Made by a program: the position numbers and the translations under genes. Shown here in pieces: positions 1-10,200 of a stretch of DNA of 51,304 nucleotides. Where the stretch lies: NCBI GenBank assembly GCA_947167695.1, contig CAMVIX010000004.1, forward strand, positions 1 to 51,304, in the 5' to 3' direction. Position 1 is the stretch's first letter; each line of letters starts with the position of its first letter. The notes under the pieces are model-generated. The model was not told the origin of the DNA. It saw nothing but the letters and a program-made list of their open reading frames with translations, and searched no databases. The DNA comes from an uncultured Clostridiaceae bacterium (GTDB lineage Bacteria > Bacillota > Clostridia > TANB77 > CAG-508).

Positions 1-89
1 GTTTCTTTTGTTCTGTTTGTGATAGATATAAGTTCAGTAAGTGCTCCATCAAATACTTTACTATTTCCGCACAATAATATATTTATCAT
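1..89 (-). CDS. N-terminus of a probable glycosyltransferase family 8 protein (truncated by window edge)
   Basis: ATG at 89 after GGGGAAAAGA; translates MINILLCGNSKVFDGALTELISITNRTKE, resembling the GT8 N-terminal strand-helix; not in the ORF track. Confidence 0.6.
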   Translation of the reverse strand, partial: MINILLCGNSKVFDGALTELISITNRTKE

Positions 90-294
90 ATCTTTTCCCC
101 TTTAATATTTTCTAACATAACTATTTTACCATATAATAATAAAAAAAGCAATTTTTCCTATACGACAACAAAAATGACTTCGCCACTTTATGGAGAACGC
201 GCTTCGCTTGTTCTCCGCTACAACGTTTACAATGTAATTCATAGAGGAGCTACTTAAGTGCTCCATAAAAAAATGGATTTTCCTAAAAAAGAAC

Positions 295-444
295 AAAACA
301 GACAAAATATAGAATTTTGCAGGTGAGACGAGGTGTTTTTTGCACAAATTTGGAACAGGTTAAAAAACTGTTCCAAATTTGATTGCAAAAAATAGCGAAG
401 CGTCCGCAGTCTCAACCGAAAAATTGCTATATTTTGTCTGTTTT
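295..444. repeat. ~150-bp palindromic (MITE/REP-like) element, copy 1
   Basis: Terminal inverted repeat AAAACAGACAAAATATAG...CTATATTTTGTCTGTTTT with nested stems; near-identical copy at 4088-4232; abuts the stop codon of the upstream gene. Confidence 0.85.
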
Positions 445-2741
445 TATTTATTTATTATTTTAACTTTTACTCTAAGTGTTTTTGCTATAAAGAATATTAT
501 TACTCCTGCTACTATTGTTGCTATTACTACAAATATTGCTATTGGGAATGAATTACCATTTTGAATCTTATCTGTTTGTGTTGGGATAACGCCTGGGCCG
601 TCTGGTATTATTTTTCCTATGTCTGCAACTTCTGTAGTAGATATAGCAAAGTATGCAAGTTTCTCTGTTTCTAATGATACTTTGTTTCCTATTACTGTTG
701 GATAATATTCTTTCACTTCTGTTCCATCATCCGATATTTCATAAACACTTATTTTTTCCTTGTTGTAGCCCTCTGGTATAGTTAACAATACTTGTACTGG
801 GCCTTTTGGTGTTAATGTTTGTCCATTTTGTGTAAGCCCTATTTTGTATACTTCATATGCTTTTGTATTATCTGGCATTTTTGCCACTATATTATTGTAT
901 ACTGTTCCATTTGCTACTTTTTTCGCATCTATTTCTGCACCTACTGGTATTATTCCTTCAAGTCCACTTATTGATGCACCAAGGTTGCTACTTCCAAGTG
1001 TGGTTGCTGATAAAACAATATGGTTTCCACTTAACACATTTATCGCTCCACATTCACTATTTGTACATCTTTGCCATTGTGCATTTCCTTCTGTTATTGT
1101 GTCACTCCAAGTATGTAATTCTGCTGTTGATTCATCTACATATGAGCATACTGTACATACTTTCCAGTGTGCCACACTATCTTTTGTCCATACCATGTTG
1201 TGTGTTGTGCATGCTGCAACTTCTGTTGCGGCAGATGTCCAGCCACATTTTGTACAATTTGCTGTTCCTGTATGACGCTCTGCTGAACCTTCTATTATGC
1301 AGAAGCAGTCTGGGCATACTTCCCAATGTGAATATTTATCAAAAGTTTGTACTTTGCCATGTACAGCTCCATCAAATGCTGTGTTGCAAAGTAAACATAC
1401 TTTCCAATGTGATGTATGGTCATATTTCATTATATAACTTGAATGTGTACAAGTTGACGGATCTGCTATTGAGTCACTTACTTTACCTGATACTCCTTCA
1501 TAATTAAATATAACATTCCATCCTTGTACATCTACTGTATATCCGCTTGGAATAACATCATCATATTGTAATGTCCATATGTTTTTCTGTCCATTTTCTT
1601 CTGCTAACCAATATGCTCCTGGTGTAACATCAAATTTCCAGCCTTGACTTTCATTTATGTCTACTCCACCTGCCCAAGCTCCATTTTTGTATACTCCAAC
1701 ATATACTCTATTTGGTCTTTTACCTGCTTGGTTGTTAATGTCATTCCATATAATATTTATAGTTCCCGTAACAACTGTTCCTGTTTCATCTACAGTATAA
1801 GCAGGGCTTTCAACAGGTGCTGTTGTAGGTGCACCGTCTTTTACCCAATGACCATCTTTATCAAAATAGTACCATTCGCCCTTTATCTCTTGTGAGCCTG
1901 TAACCATTTCATGGCTTGATGTATTAGGATTTAGGTAATACCACTTTTCATCAACTTTTATCCATCCAGTTTGTTTTTTATTGTCTTTATAGTAGTACCA
2001 GTTTGAACCGTCTTGTACCCAGCCATCTTTTTTGTTTGGATAGCATATAGTACAGCGACGATCTTTCTCGCTAGCTTTATGTTTTGTTTCATATAAACAT
2101 CCTGCGATTCTACAAGTTGCCTTATGCCACTCTGTTCCATCACTGTCATTATATTTTTGCCATGATGAAAAGCGATGTGATTCAGTTCCCACTTGTTCAC
2201 GGCATTTCCCACAAAACTTTGCATGGTTTATGGCATCATTTTCTATTGGTGCATAATAAAAATCACCATGGCTTCCACCTGCACTACATTCACCTGTTGG
2301 TGTTGGGGTAGCAGTTGCAGGTGCTACTGTTTCTCCAGCCTGTGTTTCCTCTGTTTCAAGTTGTTCATCATCAGCAGGTGAATCAATTGGTACTGGTGTT
2401 GGCGTTGGTGATGGTGTTGCAGTTGTTGAAGCATCAGTATAGGGTGTATATACATCTCCAGATGGTGGGATAGCATCAGAATTGCATAAATTGCATACAT
2501 ACCCTCTCTTTGTAGAATTTTGAGTACCTGCTTTATAATCACCTACATCATGTCGCCATCCATCACTATTTTTGTGGCGCCAACGACCTTTTGGATTATC
2601 TGTACCAACTCCCTCTTCTTGCCAAAACCAACTAAATTCTTTTACTTCAAGCTCAGTTTCTGCAACTGTAACTTTACTTGCTACAAGCATTATTCCTGCT
2701 ATCATGGTAAAGGCAATAAGCCACAATATTTTTTTTCTCAT
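444..2741 (-). CDS. Secreted, membrane-anchored surface protein (765 aa) with His/Cys-rich repeats, cell-wall-binding (choline-binding-like) repeats and a Cna-B-like domain
   Basis: Start reassigned to ATG 2741 after GGAGG RBS; signal peptide MRKKILW...; GWVQDGSNWYYY, KQTGWIKVDEKWYYL, MVTG...WYYFD repeats; WNDINNQAGKRP Cna-B motif; HW-x-x-C-x-x-C repeats; C-terminal TM plus basic tail. Confidence 0.75.
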   Translation of the reverse strand: MRKKILWLIAFTMIAGIMLVASKVTVAETELEVKEFSWFWQEEGVGTDNPKGRWRHKNSDGWRHDVGDYKAGTQNSTKRGYVCNLCNSDAIPPSGDVYTPYTDASTTATPSPTPTPVPIDSPADDEQLETEETQAGETVAPATATPTPTGECSAGGSHGDFYYAPIENDAINHAKFCGKCREQVGTESHRFSSWQKYNDSDGTEWHKATCRIAGCLYETKHKASEKDRRCTICYPNKKDGWVQDGSNWYYYKDNKKQTGWIKVDEKWYYLNPNTSSHEMVTGSQEIKGEWYYFDKDGHWVKDGAPTTAPVESPAYTVDETGTVVTGTINIIWNDINNQAGKRPNRVYVGVYKNGAWAGGVDINESQGWKFDVTPGAYWLAEENGQKNIWTLQYDDVIPSGYTVDVQGWNVIFNYEGVSGKVSDSIADPSTCTHSSYIMKYDHTSHWKVCLLCNTAFDGAVHGKVQTFDKYSHWEVCPDCFCIIEGSAERHTGTANCTKCGWTSAATEVAACTTHNMVWTKDSVAHWKVCTVCSYVDESTAELHTWSDTITEGNAQWQRCTNSECGAINVLSGNHIVLSATTLGSSNLGASISGLEGIIPVGAEIDAKKVANGTVYNNIVAKMPDNTKAYEVYKIGLTQNGQTLTPKGPVQVLLTIPEGYNKEKISVYEISDDGTEVKEYYPTVIGNKVSLETEKLAYFAISTTEVADIGKIIPDGPGVIPTQTDKIQNGNSFPIAIFVVIATIVAGVIIFFIAKTLRVKVKIINK

Positions 2742-2803
2742 ATTCCTTCCTCCATTTACAAATTTCTCCAAAATTTGCATAAAATCTCTTTATACATACT
2801 ATA

Positions 2804-2832
2804 ATTTTACATCAAATCCTATATTTCGTCAA
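2804..2832 (-). promoter_or_regulatory. SigA-type promoter
   Basis: TTGACG-17 bp-TAAAAT upstream of ATG 2741. Confidence 0.6.
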
Positions 2833-2934
2833 TACGTATTTTATGTAAATTTCAGCATTTTTCCTGAATTCTGTGCTGTTTTGTAAGTCCTACCAGTTTT
2901 ATTACATTTATATTAAATTTTTGTTACAAAATTA

Positions 2935-4014
2935 TTACATCGTTCTTTCTGTTTGCTTATTCATTGCCTTATATCTGTTTTGTACTGGCGTTCCTTCTAA
3001 TTCGAAATCATTTCTTATTGCTAGTGCTTGTAGTTTTGCATTTATGCTGTCTACTAGGTACCCCTTATAATTGTTATACACAAATGGCAAATATTTTAGT
3101 GGTATTCCCTCGTTGTATGGGCCAGAAAGAAGTGGTTTTAATCTATAATCAGCTCTTGCTAATTCTTTAAAGGTCTCATTATAGCTTTCCATTAAAAAAT
3201 TTGCTAGCACACTATTTGCAGAATTTATGCAAGGTTTTCTTTGCCCTTTTAAGTCTATAAATGATTTGCTCTCTGGCTCTTTTGCAAAGCTTGCTATTTC
3301 TTTATATTTTTTTAAGAAAGGTAAAGTGTTTTCAGATTCTTTAAATAGTTCTGGGTTTTTCTCTCTTGTATATTCCACTAGCCTTAAAGTGTGATTAAGC
3401 TCAGATTTGTCACAATATATAACTACTTTCTCTCCTCTAGAGCGTCTTTTACTATATTCATTTGCACAAAATTTTAAATAAAAATTGGGGTTGTTATTGT
3501 TAGTTAAAAGCTTATCAGCAAGACTTGCTATATTACCGTTGTTGCAATTAATATATATTCTTCGCATATTTTTTGCCTCTGGCATCTTATAATTAGCAGA
3601 GCGCACTCTAAAAAAACTTGGGTTTTCCCCTGCTCCTTGAATTTTCACATTGTACTTGCTTGTTTTCTCTAATTTCTCTAAAAGCTGTTTTTCATCATGT
3701 TCATTTTTCTGTAGCTCTTGTCTTGTTGCAGGCTTTCCTCTCATTCTAATTAAAGCAGAATATGCAATACGAGAATAATCCTCAGGTTTTATTTCTTTTC
3801 TTGCTTTAGCTTCATTATAATATCCCTTTAAAAATTCTAGAATATCTCTATCTTGTTTTGTAAAAGCATGATGATAATTTTCATTTTGCTTTATTATCCA
3901 ATCTTGCCTTTTAATATCTGGCGTTGTCTGTGAATATTCTCCGTTTCCTTCTTCTAGCATTAATGTTTTATTTCTATTAAATATTCTATTAAAAAAATCT
4001 TTTAGAGCTCCCAT
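2935..4014 (-). CDS. Hypothetical protein (359 aa), possible HopA1-like lyase fold
   Basis: AGGAGG RBS, own promoter; amphipathic N-terminus MGALKDFFNRIFNR; motifs RIYINC / FYLKF / RGEKVVIY. Confidence 0.6.
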   Translation of the reverse strand: MGALKDFFNRIFNRNKTLMLEEGNGEYSQTTPDIKRQDWIIKQNENYHHAFTKQDRDILEFLKGYYNEAKARKEIKPEDYSRIAYSALIRMRGKPATRQELQKNEHDEKQLLEKLEKTSKYNVKIQGAGENPSFFRVRSANYKMPEAKNMRRIYINCNNGNIASLADKLLTNNNNPNFYLKFCANEYSKRRSRGEKVVIYCDKSELNHTLRLVEYTREKNPELFKESENTLPFLKKYKEIASFAKEPESKSFIDLKGQRKPCINSANSVLANFLMESYNETFKELARADYRLKPLLSGPYNEGIPLKYLPFVYNNYKGYLVDSINAKLQALAIRNDFELEGTPVQNRYKAMNKQTERTM

Positions 4015-4035
4015 AAATGTGCCCTCCTATGTTTA

Positions 4036-4064
4036 ATTATAAAATAGTTGTGGTTTAAAGTCAA
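4036..4064 (-). promoter_or_regulatory. SigA-type promoter
   Basis: TTGACT-17 bp-TATAAT. Confidence 0.7.
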
Positions 4065-4087
4065 GAAATATGTAGTTAAGGGAGTGT

Positions 4088-4232
4088 AATAGACGAAATA
4101 TAGAATTTTGCAGGTGAAACGAGGCGTTTTTTGCACAAATTTGGAGCAGGTTAAAAACCTGTTCCAAATCTGTTTGCAAAAATAGCGAAGTATCCGCAGT
4201 TTCAACTGCAAAATTGCTATATTTCGTCTATT
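4088..4232. repeat. ~145-bp palindromic element, copy 2
   Basis: AATAGACGAAATATAG...CTATATTTCGTCTATT; aligns with 295-444 with compensatory stem changes. Confidence 0.85.
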
Positions 4233-4277
4233 TAGTTTAAAAAAAATTATCTAGTAACACTTTCCCCATAACTTGAC

Positions 4278-7200
4278 TCACATTTCTATTTCTATTTCGT
4301 AATTTAAGCTTCTTCCATCTAGGCCTATCTTTTTCTCTGGTATTTCTTTGCCATTTACTTTGAATATGCTTACTCCGCTACTTTTTCCATTTGGATTTCG
4401 TACTTTTATATTATAAATGCTATCTTTGTACCTGTAGCGAATGCTGTATTCTTTCCACTCTGGTGATATATTTGGCTCTATAATCAATTCTTTATTGCAT
4501 ATCTTTAGCCCTAATATCCATTCTATTCCTGCTCTATACATCCATGCACTTGAGCCTGTATACCATGTCCATCCACCTCGTCCTGCCAAATCCCCTTTAG
4601 CATATACATCTCCAGGCACTACATATGGTTCTACCTTGTATTTATTGGCTTCGTCCTTAGTTTTTGCATGCTCAATTGGATTTATCATTCGAAAATATTC
4701 TGTTGCCTTTTTACCAAGTCCTAGTTTTGCTAGGGCACAAATTACCCATGCGGCAGCATGTGTGTATTGCCCACCATTTTCTCTTACTCCCGGCATATAA
4801 GCTTTTATATATCCTGGCTCAAGTAAACTCTTCTCAAATGGTGGCGAAAGTAATTTTATTATACCATTTTCATTATCTACTAAATAATTTTCTAAATTCT
4901 CCATTGCTATATACTTTTTGTCATTATCTCCCGCTTCAGACATAACTGCCCAGCTCTGCGAAATACTATCTATTTTGCATTCCTCATTTTCATTAGACCC
5001 CAAAATTTCTCCGTCATCTGTAAAAGCTCTTCTAAACCATCTTCCATCCCAGCCTTTTGTGTTTAATGCCTTTTTTAATAAATCTTTTATCGTGCTATAA
5101 TATGCTTCCTTTTCTCTATTTTCTTTCATGCTACAAATTGGAATAAATTTATTTAAAATATCATAAAGGAAAAATCCAAGCCACACACTTTCTCCTTTTC
5201 CTTTATTTCCAACTGTGCTAAATCCATCATTCCAGTCTCCAGAGCCTATTTTAGGGAGTCCATTTTCTCCAAGCAAAATAGCTTTATCTATTGCTTTTAG
5301 GCAATGTTCATACACGCTTCCTACATTAATGCTTGAAGCATATATGTCATAGCATTCATCAGTCCCATCTGGCAATTTTTTCCCTTCTAAATATTCTACT
5401 TTTTCGTCTAGCAAGTCAAAATCATTTGTAGTGTTTACATATTCGGAAGTAGCATATGGTAGCCATAACAAATCATCTGAAAATCTTGTTCTTATACCAC
5501 GCCCAGTTTCTTCATGCCACCAATGCTCTACGTCGCCTTCTACAAATTGATGTTTACATGCCTTTAAAATTTGCTCTCTTAGATATGAAGGTTCAACATA
5601 CTTTAATGCTAGTACATCTTGAAGCTGATCTCTAAAGCCATATGCTCCACCCGATTGATAATATCCAGACCTTGCAAGCAATCTGCAACACACAGTTTGA
5701 TACAGAGTCCAGCCATTTAGCAGTATATTCATAGATTCTACAGGAGTTTTTACTTGCAAACGGTTTAGTGTCTCAAACCAATAATTTTTAACGCTTCCCA
5801 GTTCAATAAAACATTTAGAAATATCTTTGTATTTATTTTGAATTTCCTCTGCAGTTTTTTCGTTATCAGCTTCTCCCAAAAATATACTAAATTCTCTGCT
5901 TTCATATCCTTCTAATTCCATCTCCAATTCAAAAGCAATGCAGCCTATTTTTCCAAGGGAGTTTTCCCCATCTAGTGCAACTTTATTTACTCCGTCTGGA
6001 TTAATGAGGCTTCCGTTTCCAATAAAGCCTTTTTTATCACCTGTAAAAGAAAGTATTTCTTCGCTTGTGCCTATAAATGTAACACCTTTAAAAGTTTCAT
6101 TTCCCAAGTTTCTCATTAAAAGTACATGTTTATCTTTGAATTTAAGGTCTAAATATCCTTTTGTTAAATCTTCGTCCTCGCCCAGCACAGGCTTTATATA
6201 ATATATAAACTTCAAGCTTCTTTTATCTGCTCTTGTATTTTTTATTTTTATAATATTTACTTTTACGCTATCTTCCCTCGGCACAAAAACTTGTGTTTCA
6301 CATAGAAAATCGTTACAAAGATTTGTATACGACGCATATCCAAATCCATATACTACTTTAAAGTCCCCTTCTTTTCCTGATATAAAGCTACTATTTGACC
6401 ATACTTTTCCAGTTTGCTTTTCTTTTATATATAAAATTTCTGATGGTACATCCAAATACGGTATGTTATTCCAGCTAGAAAGCCTATTTAATCTACTATT
6501 TTTACTCCAAGTAAAGCCCCCTAAATTCTCTGTAATAACAGTCCCAAAATTTTTATTTGCCATAACATGTGCCCAAACTGTTGGAAGCTTTTCGTTTTCT
6601 TTTATTTTCATAATGTATTCGCTTCCATTTTCGTTAAAACCGCCATATTCGTTATAGTATTTTAAAGCTTTTGCATCTAAGTTTATCTGGCTCTTACTGG
6701 TTTCTGGTAAAGGTAATTTTCTTTCAGACCCTATTATTTGTTTTGTATCTATATAGCTTTCCTCAAGTTCTTCTATTTGCTCTTTTAATCTTCCTTTTCC
6801 AGCTACTAAAGTTAAAGAGCTTCTAAATATAAGTGTATTTCTTTGCCTTGGCTTTAGTTCATTATTATTAATAACAAAAATTCCGTTCTTTTGTCCTATT
6901 AAATATGCCAAGTGTTTTCCTAAAATTGCGTTTTCAATCTTTTCTTTTACATATTGTTCATATACATTTTTTTCTTCGTTTAAAATTATAATATCTACAT
7001 CACAATTTTTTAATTTAAAAAATTCTTTTGCCTTTAAAATGTTGTCTATTACATAACTATCGTTTGGATCTTTAATTGTAATTAGTAGAATTGGTAAATC
7101 ACCTGAGATGCCAAGGCCCCACAAGTCCTCTTTAGGATATATGCTTCGTGGCATTTTTTCCATTTCCATACTTTTAAGTGGATTTTGAAAAAGTAAAAAG

Positions 7201-10200
7201 CCTAACATCTTTTGGTATAAGTCTGTGTCATCTTCTCGTATGCCTAGATACCTATTTTCTGCCTCGCATTTTGCCCTTGCTAGCTTAAAGGTTCTTTCAA
7301 TTCTTTCTATATTTCTGTATTGTTTAATCTTTTGCTTAATATCCTCTTTGTCTTTGCCTATTCCTATTATCAGGCATATTTTTATTTCTTCGTTTGGCAT
7401 AAGCTTTATCCCATTTCGCAGGGCTACCATGCTTTCTGCCACAAGTTTTATTTTGTTTGAAAACGGCTTAGATCTTTCAATTTTTTCAGGTACACCTAAG
7501 TTTGCTCTTCCAATACCTTCTGCCTTATCTATCTCAAATTGTATGTCTCCCGCTTCTCCTTCGGCTATATACATACTTACTCCCATATAAATGTTTTCTT
7601 CATTTTGTCCACGTTTCTTTCTTTTAACAATCATTGTTTCTGTTTCGCTTTCCCAATCGTAGGTTAAAAAAAGATTATTAAAAGCAGGATGTGCATAGTC
7701 TTGCTTTGAGGTGCAAAGTACAGGCTCAACAATACTAGATACTTCTAAAACCTCTTCTGTAATTCCTGTATTCTTTAAAATGAGCTCTCTTATCTCTACA
7801 GGTTCTTCTGGTGCTATTGTAATTTTTGTTTTGGTTTCTATGTTTCCGTCTACCCTTGAAATAACATCACTATCAGGTAAAAATGTTATTTTATATCTAT
7901 CAGGTTCATTGGTTTTTTTAAGCCTACTTGATGTCCATATTTTTTTACTTCGCACATTTTTTATATAGAAGAAGATTCCCTGTTCTTCATCTGAGCCCTC
8001 TTTGAATTTATTTATTAATATGCCGTCATACTTGCTATATCCTTTTCCATTTTCATCCATACATATAGAATATAAATCACTACTAATTACATTAATTCTA
8101 TTAAAATATGGTTCTTTTTTTGTATACTCTCTTTGGCTGTAAGTTTCATAGTCGCTTAAGTGAATTTTTTCAATTTTTTCTTTCTTTTCTTTTGTAAGTA
8201 TTGCAAGCTTTGGCATTCTCTCCTGCAAAAGGATATCAACCCCTTCTATTTCAGGATTTCTCATAAATCTGTCCACCATAATATTATCGTGGAAAAAATT
8301 GTTTATTGAAGTTAATATAAGCCCTTGATGATGTGCCATATATGTTTTTACAACTTCATTTCTATTTCCTACCTTTAGCCTGGTTGGAGTATAATCTATA
8401 GATTCATATAGTCCATATTGTCCAAGCATTTTTTCTTTTTCTAAAATATTTATATTATCCATAACTTCCCTTGGATATTCTGGTAAAGCCAGAATACTTC
8501 CGTAACTTGAGACTACTCTTTCATCTGCTAAACCTCTTTTAAGTCCAAGCCATGGTATACCAAACGCTTTATATTGGTAATTTCCATATAAATCTTTTAA
8601 TGAAAACGCTGCTTCAGAAATTCCCCACGGAATTCCGGACCTCACTACAATATTTTCTTTGGCACAATACCATAAACTTACAGGATTCCCCAAGTAAACT
8701 ACCAGGATAGTTTCTTACTATCGTGTTTGACATTAAGTATTCAAATGCTGTTCCAGACCAAGATACCAGTCCCTTATATTTTTCAAAAACAGTTAAAGTC
8801 CTGCTTAATGCACTCCAATGTTTTACCGGTACATCTTTTTTTGCAATTGCAACTAAGCTTGTTTGTCTTGCCTCTGATGCAAGCAAATCATAATACGAAT
8901 CTGTTAGTTTGTTTTCTTCTAGATTATAGCCTATTGAAAATAGCTTTTTCTTTGAATCATATAATTTCGAAAAATCCGTATTTTCTATAAGTTCTTGTAC
9001 TATTTTGCTTAAAAGTGTAACTTTTCCGTTAAATTCCTCTTGCTTTATTTCAGCCAAAAATTGCTTAACCACATATAGATACCCAACAAAATTTCCACTA
9101 TCAACTGAAGATATATATCTTGGATTTAATGGCTCTAGAGTTTCTGTATTGTACCAATTATATAAATGGCCATTCCATTTTGTAAGACTTTGAATAGTAT
9201 TTATAGATTTAGAAATTAGCTCCAAGCCTTCTTTTACTGTAATAAACTTAAAATCAACTGCTGAAATAATACAAATTAGTCCTAAACCTATATTAGTTGG
9301 ACTTGTTCTTGGTGCTATTTTTTTACTTCTTGATTCTTCAAAATTATCTGGAGGCAGAAAATTATTTTTATCGTTTACAAAGCATGCAAAGTAGTCCCAC
9401 GTTCTTTTTGCAATTTCAATTAAATGAGTTCTTTCTCCTTCGCTTAATTTGTCTAAATTGTTCTCTTTTGGAGACGGCTTACTTATATTACATGCTATTG
9501 CAGGCCCTATAAGCCATAAAGTTCCTATTATAGCTCCTAAAATTCGTTGAAAAATATTTCCCTGCATACTAAAAAAAAGCATTACTATCCCCAAAATCAC
9601 ACAAATAGCCATTTGTTTATAATATTGCCTTTTTGTAGTAATCGCCTGCTTTTCTGCCTGTTCCGCTGTTAGCCACTCTAGTAAATTTTCTTTTGAAACG
9701 TACATTCTATAAATAGTTTTAGCTATTGCTACAATTGTTATATATGCCTTAAATGGTAAAAAAGCTAGTTCTAATACAGTTTGATATATTATGCCTGTTA
9801 CCCCGGTCAAATTTCCATTCAAAATTCTTGCTTGCTATTTGGGAACCATTTTCAAGCTCTTTCCTAAATATTATTTTATCTGCTATAGCTAGAATAGCTG
9901 GAATAGATACTGCAATTAGTCCGTACTATTATTAGTTCTCCGTCTGGTGTATTAGGTCTTAGCATTCCTGCTAAAATAAGTATTAAAATTCCTACTGGAG
10001 CTAAACTTCTCCTTAAATTATCTAATATTTTAAATTTTGATAGTGGATTTAACGGATTTATGCAATATGTTCCATTTCGTATTTTTATTTTTGAAGTTAT
10101 CCATTTTAAAATTTGCCAGTCTCCACGTATCCATCTAGATAGTCTTGTCATGAAGCTATTATATTTAGAAGGGAAACCATCTAAAAGCAAAATGTCACTT

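Noticed and set aside
191-265. Small hairpins (GGAGAAC...GTTCTCC; GGAGC...GCTCC) upstream of the GT8-like gene as a riboswitch
   Set aside because: No recognisable riboswitch consensus; single occurrence, more likely a repeat remnant.
126-4211. Short minus-strand ORFs 126-347 and 4002-4211
   Set aside because: They run through the palindromic repeat and promoter regions; their mutual similarity comes from the repeat.
9806-9822. Possible shift at TGG (GAA T GGA) in ndvB
   Set aside because: An in-frame CGG three codons later (9805) joins the same frames and fits the general rule.
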